Positions 12,489 to 24,435 of a DNA stretch of 64,000 nt are shown here, one piece after another. The stretch lies in the NCBI GenBank assembly GCA_951406725.2, contig OX597816.1, positions 73,780,001-73,844,000 of the forward strand, read 5' to 3'. Position 1 is the stretch's first letter. Each line of letters starts with the position of its first letter. The position numbers were made by a program, and so were the translations under genes. Below the pieces are notes generated by a model. The model had not been told where the DNA came from. It saw only the letters and a program-made list of their open reading frames with translations, and did not search any database. Source of the stretch: Octopus vulgaris. Its lineage: Eukaryota.

Positions 12489-12585
12489 CTTGACTTACTG
12501 TCCCGCAGCCCTGTGGGTATTCCAAGCCGTATATCCAGTGGGATGGCACTGTGTAACTCCTCATTCGACGTTTGCCAAGGTCAGG
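12489..12585 (-). CDS. CFAP77: CFAP77 exon 2: PDLGKRRMRSYTVPSHWIYGLEYPQGCGTVSQ(A)
   Basis: tttatttccaacag acceptor, AAG|gtatat donor, 97 nt, phase 0-1; matches the recalled CFAP77 pattern ELGKPRERSYSLP...YGL. Confidence 0.9.
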
Positions 12586-12676
12586 CTGTTGGAAATAAAT
12601 GGTGAAATAAACGGTGCAAAATTTACTAATAGAAAAAAAAAATGGAATCGCTAATAAATAGTTTTGGGAAGAAATC

Positions 12677-12714
<38 letters not shown>

Positions 12715-13952
12715 TAGATAGATAGAAGGAAGGAAGGTGTATGACCTAGAGGTCATAGTGTGCTCTTCACGATCACCATATCGTAGTTTCGATTCCGGGA
12801 TGGACCGGACAGGACTGGGCCATGCGCTCTTTTCTTCGGCAAAACACTTCATTTCATGTTGTTGCAATCCATTCGGTTGTCAGTGACTAACCCTGCTGGG
12901 GTGGGGCGGATGTTGTGATCTCGGTCGCTTATACGCCATGGAAAGCGAGTAAGCAGCCTTATGAGTGATGGGGCTCGAGACTGCACTTCGATATCTACAA
13001 GTTTGTGTAGGAAGGGCTTACGCAACATCCTCCACGCTCGTCTAGAATCAACTGACAAACTACATTCGCAGAATTTCTGCGAATGGCACGCCAAACGAAA
13101 AGTTACAGTAATACCCCACTTTGCGAGGACTCGCTTTACGAGAGTCCTCCAAATTTAGAACGAAGGGCAAAAGTTTCTACGGCTATAACAAATGCTTCTG
13201 CGTGTTACCGAGAAATGTATAGAGAGCGAAAAAAGTTTCTTCTAAGCAAACATCTCTAGACTTTTTTAAAAAAGAGATTTACAAGTCTGTCTACGAGTGC
13301 TTGTGAATCGGCGATCGTGTCTACAAATGATGGTGTGCATGAGTCAAGTACGAGTGAAAGTGATAGCGAAAACGATAATAATAATATATTTTATGATTTT
13401 GACATTTTTTATACTTTACATAAAATATTCTTTACGTTCTACTGTTTTTTTTTATTGCCATTTATTCATGAGTATTATAAATTTTATTGGTAAAATATTT
13501 TTCTGGGAACAATTACGATTTATAACATTGCTACTATGGGAAATTATTGCTCTGCTTTACGAGATTCTCTTTACGAGCGATCTGGGAACAAATTAACTCA
13601 TATATCGAAGCATTACTGTAATTTGAATTCTTTTAGTAATACGGCCCACCTGATGATGAGCTATATCTCATGCGGCCGACACGCTTCTTGGAAAAGTTTA
13701 CGCATGCCCGATCTAATTCCAGCAACAAGACATAGCTTGAATGTTCGAAGATGTGTGAGACTGTATAGAGGTAAACTACCTGTGGAACTCTACGGCAGTA
13801 GTTCTGTCAGAGTTGTTTCCCTTCGCCTCCAACTATCTCGAGCGCTGAGAAAACAGCGAAATTAATTGACCTTAAAGCTGACGATCAATAAATACTTTCG
13901 ACTATAGACAGAACGCCTGAAATTTTGCAGGGAAGGGTTAGACGATTACATC

Positions 13953-14537
13953 TGGCTCCGTCGCCTGACTTTCAGAGGGCCCCTGCAACTTTTTGTTTCA
14001 AAGCTACATCCCTTCAATCAAAATTCATGATCTACGCATCTTTTATTCATAGCTATAGTTTACTTTATTCTATTTGAAGCTCCATATTTCACGTTATCCT
14101 AAAGAACATCTTTTAAAAGTTCGACAAGTTAAATCTATTCAGATCTATTCCAAATTTCAACAAGTAAAACTTCCAGATATGAATAAAAAGAGCATTTTTA
14201 TAATCCAGGCAACTTTCAAAGACAAACATGGCGCACTTTTCGCTTTGCGAAATCATTGATCAGTTCAGAATAATCAAGCTGAGAGTTAAGTTTGTGTTCA
14301 ACAGCTATCATAGAAAATCCACAAAGTCTGGTACACATCCGTGGTACAATGTAATATTTTTACAAGAACTTTTGCAGATAAATGTATTACCATTTTATTT
14401 CTTGAAATTTTCAGATAACATAGTTTAATTCTTGTTCGACATCTTAACCAATGAAAATAGATGACTTATCTACGTACTTTAATCTTAACATGGAGCCCCT
14501 CAACCGCAGGGGATGCAGGGGCTTTGCGTCGGCCCTG
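13953..14537 (-). mobile_element. Non-autonomous hAT element carrying only the transposase C-terminal tail, inserted into a SINE
   Basis: 8-bp TSD ATTACATC (13945-13952 / 14538-14545); CAGGGCCG terminus; minus-strand RLCGFSMIAVEHKLNSQLDYSELINDFAKRKVR; second partial copy at about 55260-55555. Confidence 0.78.
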
Positions 14538-15162
14538 ATTACATCGACCCCAGTACTCAACTGGTATTTGTTTTATCGACCTCGAAAGGATGGAAGATAT
14601 AGTCGATCCCGACGGGATTTGAACTCAGGGCGTAAAGACGGACGAAAAGTTGCTAAGTATTTCATCCAGTGTACAAACAATTTTGCTTTAATGGTATCTT
14701 TTTCAGACACAAGGCCAGCATTCTGCCCTTTTATCAAGCTTTGTTTTTTTATCCTTTCAAGGTGTCCTATCACCTTTCTCACTAAGCCAGTTTAGTGGGG
14801 TTGCCAGTTTAGTCGCCAACGACCCGACCATGCAATAGTTTGTACTGAATTACATTACCAATAGCGGTCTCATACATACATACATACCAGGGACATGCCG
14901 CTTAGGTAGGCAAGGTAGGTAGTGCCTACCCTGAATGAAATAGATCGATAGTAACATTTTCTTTTTATGGCAAAATATGCACCGAATTCAATAAAATTAT
15001 GAAGGTTACTCTGATTATTATGCATAAAATACAAAATATTTTCTGTTTTATTAGATAGGCATAATTCGCTCCTGCTGTTCAATTTCAGTATTTAATCTAC
15101 GCAAAGTACTGCTGTAGTACACGTGCTGTGTACACTCCTACCACACCGTTTTCTTTACGTGC

Positions 15163-15198
15163 TATAAAGGCAGAAATAAATCTGCCTTCAACTCAGTC
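15163..15198 (+). promoter_or_regulatory. TATA box plus Inr candidate core promoter, upstream of the hAT remnant
   Basis: TATAAA at 15163-15168; TCAGTC with A at 15195 (32 nt spacing); CACGTG at 15120-15125. Confidence 0.35.
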
Positions 15199-16317
15199 GT
15201 GCACGCTTGTATTGCCTGTGTTTCGCTTTTGTGTGTGTGTGTTTTACTACATAAATGTCACCAACTGCCTACTCTGAGTAAATTACTGACGGCACATGCT
15301 TGATACATACATACATACATACATACATACAATACATACATACATACATACATACATTCCCTTAGTAACCAGCATCAAAGGTACATTAGGTTATATACCA
15401 ACAAATCTGCACAAAAACCTATAAACACTCGGTCTCACGGCAAAAAAGAAAGAGCAAAAGAAACTGATACGGATTCTCCAAATCCAATCTATTAGCGACA
15501 CAGTGGAGATTTCTAAGACATTCCAAAGATTCTCCATGTGAGATTTTTATATGAAGAGATGTACACACTTGGGTGTGTGAATCGAGAGTTCAAGCTACAA
15601 ACCAACTCAACCACATATGTAACATACAGCTTAAATACCAATCTTGAGAAAATAGGCTTCTCAAAAGCAGAAAAGAGAGAGCTAATTCGAAGACTACAGA
15701 TCCAAGCCTCTAAACCTGCCAAATAGTATGAAGAGGTTATCTCCCTTGTATGCAATAAATTGAATTTCTTTTGATTTTGTAGTTAGTGATATGAAAATGT
15801 GGGTAAATTAGTTGCTGTAGTTAGAGATTTATGGTAATAAACGCATCACTACACACGTATATATATGAACAGAGACAGACATTAAAAAGTCATTTTAATT
15901 CTACAGAGGAAAGAAAATTTTTGAAATTTCCCAAAATCTACATTCTTAAAGGATTCTTCAAGTGAGAACTTTCACTGAATAATTTTTCTTACACTTTGAA
16001 CAAAGTTTATACTGAAATTATTTTGTGTTTAACTAAAAAAAAAAGCGTAACTTTGAAGAAATTGAAAAAAAAATTGCTTGAACCGAAATCTCTTTCGAGT
16101 TTAATTTAAAAATACATAAATTTTAAGAAATTGTTACTCTTACTACGATATTCTACCTTAGAATTAATTATTGCGAATATCAGTGCCCAAAAATAATGAA
16201 TCACTACCGAAAAAGAAAACTGAAGCAATCATTGCTGAATTTCCAATCTGATTCATCTAATAATGCTAAGCAAAGAGAATTGCAAACGTAGTTTCGCAGC
16301 TCAAGGGAGGTTTTGCA

Positions 16318-17312
16318 ATGTCTTTGACACCCTCATTGGATGATCTAGGACAGGTCGACTACCAACCAGTGCAGCCAATTCTAGCAAAGTTTGATCCAAA
16401 AATTTATGGAAATCAGAGACGTCACTTCTCGTCAAGCTGGTATACTGGTCATCCATGGTTAGAGTATTCTCTTTCAAAGAAAGCTTTGTTTTGTTTTGTT
16501 TGTCGGCACTTTAATACTTCTGCTCAAGATGATATTGTTCTATGAAAAATGGATATTCTAATTGGCATCACGCAAAAGAAAAAAACAACTGTTTAAATAA
16601 GCACGCAAACTCTGCATCCCATATCCAAGCTATGGTGACATGGAAGGAACGCCAACAATGAGATTCTGAAACAAATGCGTCAATTTAATGTTATTGAGGA
16701 ATGCATGTATCGAAAGGCTTGCGGGTCCCGACGTTTTTCAGATTATGTTGTTGAAGCCCTGGTACCAACACAAGATGACTGGATAACCTTTCACCGCAAA
16801 ATTTATATCGCGATCATCGACGAAAGCTTGAGAGAGCCAGATAACAGATTTTCAGAGCAAAACGATAGTATATATTCTTCCTTGGCAAGTCTACTACCAA
16901 CGTTCGAGACATTTTTAGATTTTGGTGCTTTTAAAACCTTTGAGCAATTTAGTTAATTGCGATAAATCGACCTTACTTTCTTAACTTACTGTGGCTAAAG
17001 CATACATTTCCAAACCAAATATGATGACACTGCTCGATATTTTTTGGATCTTTAAGTATTGTACAGGATGCCTTTCCAAATGTTTATCTTTTGTATGGTT
17101 CACCATTAACATTTGGATCTAGCACAGCTACATGTGAATCATCGTTTTCGACGCTAACTCGAATTATGACACCCTTTCGACGAAATGTGAAACACCAGCA
17201 AAAACCAAACCTCGTGATATTTGCTTCCCTTAATAAATACAAATCAAGTATAGAGAAGGACGATTTTCTTAATTTTTTTGCCTTGCGTTGCCGTAGATTG
17301 CAGTTGTATTAG
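16318..17312 (+). pseudogene. hAT (ZMYM1/TTF-type) transposase remnant with internal deletion
   Basis: TTF-type zinc finger (RHFSSSWY..HPWLEYS..KALFCFVC...GYSNW...KHANSASH) followed within about 150 bp by C-terminal IID...DNRF and hATC dimerisation SSTATCESSFSTL; stops and frameshifts present; putative left end CAGGG at 14888. Confidence 0.85.
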
Positions 17313-17629
17313 ATAAATGTAACCTGATTTTATTTCGTGTTTTGAATTTTTTTGAGAGGTTTGTGTCGTACGACATAATAAAATAATACATTAATTCTGT
17401 TTAAGAGATAGTACTAGATGTTTGTCCGCTCACCGTTACTACTCGAACTCCCGAGTCGACACATTGCTCATGAGCGCTGACGGGTCCGTCAACCCATTGG
17501 CATTACTCTACCATATTTATCCTGGTGGACTAATCCATCCGTTCTACCTTGGGGGAGGGGGTCTGTTTCCACACAACAGAGACATAGTCAAATTTTGTAA
17601 ACTGTACGGTTTTTAGAGTTCTGTTCAGC

Positions 17630-18103
17630 GGGTGTAATACAAAAGACCCTTAGGAAAAAAGCCCCCCTAAGACAAAAGCCCCTCAAACAAACCCCCATAG
17701 TTAAAGTATGAAAGTGTTTTGTTTTTGTTTTTTTTTTCACAACCGTGGTTTCTGTTTTTATTTATTTGAAATTATATAAAAAATAATGTTTAAAGATTTG
17801 GCTGTTATCTCTAGCATGTGCAAAGATCTTTTAGGCTTAACTATGTGCTTGTTGAAAATCATTTTTAAAAATATTGGAGTCGATACATTCGATTAAAAAT
17901 TCTTCGAGGTGATGCCCCAGCATGGCCTCAGTTTAATGATTGCAACAAGTAAAATGAAAATAAAAACGAAATATATCAGAAGTTTTGCCCAGGATAGGCG
18001 TCAAGAAATGTGAAAAAATAAACGGAAAAAATAACCGAAAAATATAAGCATGGGGCTTTTGTCCACTTTCACACTTTTAAGTATGAGGCTTTTGTCCGTA
18101 CCC
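17630..18103. mobile_element. MULE-like MITE
   Basis: 9-bp TSD CTGTTCAGC (17621-17629 / 18104-18112); GGGT...ACCC termini; sub-terminal ACAAAAGCCCC / GGGGCTTTTGT repeats. Confidence 0.7.
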
Positions 18104-18378
18104 CTGTTCAGCACCCCCAGCTATCAAGATAGCATCCCCTGTTGCAATCGGCTGGCTACGTGGCTGCACCCACATAGATTGTATATCCAATTTGGACCAC
18201 CAAGAGCAACAGTTAAGCTCTGATCTTTGTGGATCTTAAAATGTCTCTTGAGGCTTCCGATAGATTTGCAGACAGTATAGCATACACAGCATCGAAAGGT
18301 GTACACAGATATACATACATGCATACATACACATCCATCCATACATACATGCACATCCAGACATACATACATGTACTT

Positions 18379-18420
<42 letters not shown>

Positions 18421-18444
18421 ATAGGCAGCAGACAGTTACAATGC

Positions 18445-18482
<38 letters not shown>

Positions 18483-19094
18483 TATTTCTCCGGTTGATTA
18501 TAAATTCCTTCAACGTTAGAAGTCGTTACTGTGGACACTGGACATGTCAGAACAGATATGAACACAACGTTTTCTCTCTTTCTCTCTTCTCTCAAGGTCT
18601 CACACTTCAGTGGACGAGTCACGGTCGGGTAGTAATGACGTCCGTACTTATTCTCTCTTTCTCTCTCTCACTCTCTCTTCCTTTCTATTTCTCTCTTCTT
18701 CCCACCCCTCTCTCTCTCTCACGCACACACACACACATAAGATTTTTTTTGTTAAGACCAATTCTTTCATTCTTTTTCTTTTACATGTTTCATTCATGTG
18801 ACTGCGGCCATGCTGGAGCACCACTTTCAGTCGAACAAATCGTAAGCCTAGAACTTATTCTATCGATCTCTTTTGCCGAACAGCTAAGTTACAGGGACGT
18901 AAACACACTAACATCGGTTATCAAACGATGGTGGTAGGGGACAAGCACAGACACACACACACATAACCATGTGTTGAGAAGAATTCTTTCGAGTTTGGAT
19001 AATTCACCTTTGGAAATATGAGTGTTTTGTTCATCATCCTTAAACAACGCCTTCATATTGTTAAAATGTAGTCCAAGATGGCCATCACTGGGAA

Positions 19095-19460
19095 GGCGAC
19101 GAGCTGGCAGAAACGTTAGCACACCGGGCGAAATGCTTAGCGGTATTTCGTCTGCCGTTACGTTCTGCGTTCAAATTCCGCCGAGGTCGACTTTGCCTTT
19201 CATCCTTTCGGGGTCGATAAATTAAATACCAGTTACGCACTGGGGTCGATATAATCGACTTAATACCTATGTCTGTCCTTGTTTGTCCCCTCTGTGTTTA
19301 GCCCCTTGTGGGTAATAAAGAAATAGGTATTTCGTCTGCCGTTACGTCCTGCGTTCAAATTCCGGCGAGGTCGACTTTGCCTTTCATCGTTTAGGAGTCG
19401 ATAAATTAAGTACCAGTTACGCACTGGGGTCGATGTAATCAACTTAATCCCTTTGCCTGT
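19095..19460 (+). mobile_element. SINE family A, dimer-like copy
   Basis: Same A/B box head and central domain as the other family A copies. Confidence 0.85.
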
Positions 19461-19520
19461 CCTTTGATTACAGACCAGTTCAGTCTGAGTTAGCCTAGGG
19501 CTGAGCAAGAACAGCAGTGA

Positions 19521-19891
19521 AGGCGCAATTGCCCAATGGTTAGGGCAGCGGACTCGCGGTGGGAGGATCGTAGTTTCGATTCCCAGACCGGGCGTTGTGT
19601 GTGTTTATTGAGCGAAAACACCTAAAGGCTCCACGAGGCTCCGGCAGGGGGTGGTGGCGACCCTGTTGTACTCTTTCGCTCCAACTTTCTCTCACTCTTT
19701 CTTCCTGTTTCTTGTCCCCGACTTCCTACGCAACCGCTGAGCCTGGATGCGCATTCATCTATCCGTCGATGTCGGGGGTTGACCTGCTTTCTCTTGTGCG
19801 GGTCTTACGAATAGCAAAGGACCACGTTTCGGACTTCTCCGACTACAGTTGCGCGATCTTGCGAGCTCTGGGACTAAGACCGCTTCGCTCA
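19521..19891 (+). mobile_element. SINE family C copy
   Basis: Aligns with 11692-12050 and 24436-24787; (CAAA)n tail. Confidence 0.8.
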
Positions 19892-20114
19892 ACAAACAAA
19901 CAAAGCAACAACAGCAAAAACAAAACTGATAAGCAGTCTTCTATAGACGCAGGTGCGCCTGTGAGGTAACATGTTTGCCTCCCAACCACATAGTTTTGGG
20001 TTCAGTCCCACTGCGGAGCACCTTGGGAAAGTTTCTTCTACTACAGCCATGGGCCAACCAAACCCTCATCAGTGGAGTTGGCAGACAGAAACTGAATGAA
20101 ACCTGCCGCATATA

Positions 20115-21394
20115 TTGGGTTGAGTCATAAATAATTTCCGATTTTGTTAAATATCTTTACTCATGAAAAAAATTTTACAAAGAACTATTTTCAATTATCA
20201 GTATAGCTGCCATTATTTGGAATGACCTCTTGCCATTTGTCAGATAAAATTTATCGAGTAAAATTCAGCTGGCCTCAACATGAAGAAGTTTTCCAAAGAC
20301 ATTTTCACCAGATTTTCTTGAGAATATTCTCCACCCCCATCAGAGCATTTTCTAGTGAGTGAAGAAGATGGAAATCAGTTGGTGCAAGATCCGGTGAGAC
20401 CAGCGCAAATCCAACATTTTACCCTGCATGATACTTGCTGAATGCGGTCTTGCGTTATCATGGCGAAGCACAATGTTTTTCCAATTGACGAGTGCATGGC
20501 ATTTTCTTAAAAGATTTTCCTGCACATGTTGCAACTGTTGAGAGTATATGCCAGCTTTAGTGTTTGATTACAGTTTAAAACCTCAAAATGAATAATACTG
20601 CGGTGATTCCCCCATACACACAGCATAACCTTTCTTTCCATAGAGCTCGGCCTTTAAGATAAGTTGTGGAGATTTATCCTTGTCACTCCACTGTCTTTTG
20701 CATAGATCATTGTCTTAAAAGACCCATTTTCCATCACCTGTAATGATATTACTGAGAAAGAGGTCATTGTTCTACTTTGAAAGAAGACTTGTCCCTATGG
20801 ACAGTTGATCTTCCCTATTCTTCTCACTCAGAGTAAAAGGGGGAACCCAATCACCCAACTTGCTGAGTTTTCCTATCTTTTCAAAGTGGCGCCAGATGGT
20901 GGATTGAGATGTGTTGAGGTCAACTGCTTATTCCTAAGTACTTTTGTAAGGACTGAATTTCCCAAATTTTCTTAAAGCATCATGGGCGAAGTCTGATGAG
21001 CGTCCTGGCGCAAAGTCTGATCTCAAAGCGTCATCTCTCAATAACAAATCTCAGGAGCGAAACTTTGAAAAACCAATTTCGCCACTTGCTGGTCAGTAAT
21101 GACCTCTTGGCCATAAACACTGTATATTTTCTTAGCTGTTTCTGTAGCGTTTTTTCCATTCTCTTAAACTCTCACAACATCATATGGTGAATATGCACTT
21201 CCAGTTCATCCATTTTAGGAGAGTGAAATTTAATATCAAACTATGATTTGCACACTTTTACGGCTTAAATACGAATGACAGGTGAGGGTCTTTTAAAAAC
21301 AGAAGTTTCCATTTCAATTTTAAACATCTGAAGTTCAAAATATGTCAAAACAATTTACTTCCAAAAATCAAAAATTACCTACGACTCAACCCAA
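20115..21394 (-). mobile_element. Full-length but decayed mariner element (~1.28 kb)
   Basis: TIRs TTGGGTTGAGTCATAAATAATTT / AAATTACCTACGACTCAACCCAA flanked by TA; remnants LGDWVP, ITGDGKWV and VLRHDNARPH; inserted in the TA tract of a family-B SINE. Confidence 0.88.
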
Positions 21395-21492
21395 TACATA
21401 TATGCATGTGTGTGTGAGAGAGAGAGTGGGGGAGAGGGTGAGAGAGAGAGAGAGAGATCTCGTGTGTGTGTGCGTGCGCGTGTGTGTGTGTG

Positions 21493-21532
<40 letters not shown>

Positions 21533-22030
21533 CATGTGTGTGTATATCGTCTTGTAATTTTTATTTTTATTAAAGTTTTGTATTTATTCTATCGTCGCTT
21601 CATTTTTTTTTGCCGAACCGCTAAGTTGCGTGTGTATGTGTGTATGTGTGATCCCCATCAGTGCTTGACAACGGGTGTTGTCCCCGTAACTAAGGCCAGC
21701 CAAAGCCTCGTCTGTGGATTTGATAGATGGAAACTGAAAAGGAGCCCGCCGCGCGCACTACCTGACAACTTGCCACTACCTGACAACCGGTGTTGGTTTG
21801 TTAATGTTCACGTAACTTGGCCGTTCAGCAAAAAAAAAATAAAAAAGAGAAGCGACGGTAGAATAAGCGCTAACCTTTAAACAAACAAAAAAAAAATCAA
21901 AAATCACAAGTCAATATATATATACGAGACGGTGCTCTAGCATGACGGTGCTCTAGCATGACCACAAGACGGTGCTCTAGCATGACCACAATCAAATGGC
22001 TGAAACAAACAGAAGATAAGACGTACATAC

Positions 22031-22132
22031 CCTCAGTAACAATTCATTCGATAACATAGGGTCTCTCCTCACTCCAATTTCACCAGTGGCCGTTAAATGC
22101 CATGGTCCTGTATCTTTCTTGCTGATTTCCAT
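22031..22132 (-). CDS. CFAP77: CFAP77 exon 1: MEISKKDTGPWHLTATGEIGVRRDPMLSNELLLR
   Basis: ATG at 22132, AGG|gtatgt donor, 102 nt, phase 0; IGVRRDPMLSNELLLR resembles recalled CFAP77 LGVVRDSMFQNPLIVK; X-box just upstream. Confidence 0.85.
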
Positions 22133-22255
22133 TCTCCTTAATATGTTTATTACACAATACCAAATATAATAAACAGATTTGTATTCCCGATTATGTGGAA
22201 ATAGACTTCACAACTTCACAAAATAATCGGGTTTAAGTTTATGAGCAAACACCGT

Positions 22256-22269
22256 GTAGCCATAGAAAC
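22256..22269. promoter_or_regulatory. RFX X-box candidate of the CFAP77 promoter
   Basis: GTAGCCATAGAAAC about 125 bp upstream of the ATG, outside recognisable repeats; forkhead-like RYAAACA sites at 22144-22150, 22169-22175 and 22245-22251. Confidence 0.65.
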
Positions 22270-22689
22270 CCCGCTAATCGCCTTGAGTTGTCTCCCTTTA
22301 GGTATCTCAGCTGGAACATTTCTACGTGTTTTACGCCAGTCGATCTGTGTATGTATGTATGTATGTATGTATGTATGTATGTATGTATGTATGTATGTAT
22401 GTATGTATGTATGTATGTATGTATGTATGGATGGATGGATGTGTGTATGTATGAATGGATGTATGAATACCTTTTATATATTTATACCGTTAATCCAGAC
22501 GTTTCATTAATTTCTCTCTCCCTCTCCATCCTTCTCTCTCTCTCTCTCTTATTTTTTACCTTTCTCCATCTGGTTTCTCTCCTTATTCCTTTCTGTAGAA
22601 GAACGTTGGTTCAAATCGATAAATATATATATATATATATTTATATTTTATCTAGTTTCAGCTCAAGAGCTGTGGCCATGCTGGGGCAC

Positions 22690-23126
22690 CACCATTTGGA
22701 GTTTGCTAGATAATTTTACTTCACAAATGCTTTTTATAGAATTGACATTTGGTGCATGAGACAGTTTGATGCAGCTGCCCTCATCTGCACTTCCTGCTGC
22801 TAAGTTTGTTCATCTTGACAGGAAGAGGTCCAGCTTTATTTTGAAGACACCTACATCCACCCCATGCAGGTCTCTCAGGTCCTTCGGGAGGATATTGAAG
22901 AGCTGTGGACCTCTGAAGCCCAGGCTATTGCAGTATCTTGTCCTACATCTTGGTGGCAAATTTGGAGTCCTTGGCACTATGCAGTGGTGCCCAGATCTAG
23001 TATTTGCATAACTCTTGATGCCAAAGTTTGGTACAAGTCCTTCTAGGATCTTCCAGATATATATTATGGCATATCTTTCTCGCCTACGCTCTAAGGAATA
23101 GAGTCTTAATCTCTTGAGTCTTTCTC
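22690..23126 (-). mobile_element. CR1-group LINE 3' fragment
   Basis: LRLYSLERRRERYAIIYIWKILEGLVPN...GPQLFNILPKDLR...FKIKLDLFL. Confidence 0.8.
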
Positions 23127-23344
23127 AAATATGTATGTATATATATATATATATATACATATATACATGTATATATGTATAAAACACTAAGTGGTATATG
23201 GGGGAGTGACTAACATTGTTTAGTTAAAGAATGTATTTGCGTATTGTGTGTATATCAATGTTAGTTATGTGTGGATGTGTATGCATATAACTAGACACAT
23301 GATGATGGGCGTCCACACGTGACCGAGGAAGACCATTGCCGACC

Positions 23345-23716
23345 TTCAGGAACATTGTGCGCTCTAGGACTAACTTATATTTTGCATTTGCGGCTCCGTT
23401 GGTGGCAAATGAGCCCTGCTCTTGACAAGCATACACGACTGCAAACATTGCAGACCAAGCTTTCCCCATTCACTATACGAGCCGTGCGCTTTCGCACAGC
23501 TCGCTTAAGTTCTTCATGCTTGATACATGCTCTCTCAAAAGTGTTGATCCCCTCCTTAACCTGCTTCCTCCATCTGTGGCGATGACAGGCATTGTTCTCC
23601 CAGTCAGTGTCCTGCATATCAAAGACCTTTAATGAGGACTTGACACAGTCCTTAAATCGCAGCCTTGGTTTCTGCCGGAGTCTCCTTCCATTCACAAGTT
23701 CTCCATAGATGAGGAA
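23345..23716 (-). mobile_element. RTE/RTEX LINE 3' fragment with terminal Cys/His finger
   Basis: LIYGELVNGRR...PRLRFKDCVK...W...RWR...CNVCSRVCLSRAGLICHQR. Confidence 0.82.
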
Positions 23717-24129
23717 ACTAGACACATATATATACATATACATGTACATTACACATATATAGGATGTGTATATGTCTGTGTGTTTGTATGTGTATGTGTA
23801 AGTGTGTATGTGTACATGCGCACATGCAAAAAGAAAACAAAAAGAAAACTCCAAGAAATAAGGAGAGGAACTCGGACAATTCTGAAGATGCTCTGAAATC
23901 AAAGTTATTATGTTGACAGAGTCACATAAAGACTAGATAACAATTACAGCCCACCACCACTGCCATCATCACCACCACCACCATCATCACCATCACCACC
24001 ATCATCACCACCACCGTCACCACCATCATCACCACCACCATCATCACCACCAACACCACCACTACCACCACCAGCACCGCCACCACCACCATCGCCACTA
24101 CCACCACCAGCACTGCCACCACCACCACC

Positions 24130-24161
<32 letters not shown>

Positions 24162-24435
24162 CGACGACGACGACGACGACGACGAGAAGATACAACACTG
24201 TCAATATGTTTTTCTTTCTAAGATGACTTCAGCTTTCTTCCATTGGCACCACCACCTCCACCACCACCATCCAGACCATTCTAACTACCATCCCTGACAT
24301 CAGTGAAGCAAGTTCCCTCTCTATTTCCTTGCTTTCTGCTTATGCTGGCTCTCTATGAACTCTCTCTCTCTCAAGTTACGAAGCCTCTCTAAAGTACAAT
24401 GATATATTTCCTCATCATCATCAACAGCAGCAAGT

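Noticed and set aside
13645-13690. CTGATGA motif as another hammerhead
   Set aside because: No GAAA core at an appropriate position and no stems
19521-19595. tRNA-like sequences at SINE heads
   Set aside because: A/B boxes are present but there is no complete cloverleaf, and each continues into a repeat body, so these are not tRNA genes
21928-21990. Three short repeats GACGGTGCTCTAGCATGAC, superficially CRISPR-like
   Set aside because: Local slippage inside a SINE 3' end; no unique spacers, no cas genes, eukaryotic context
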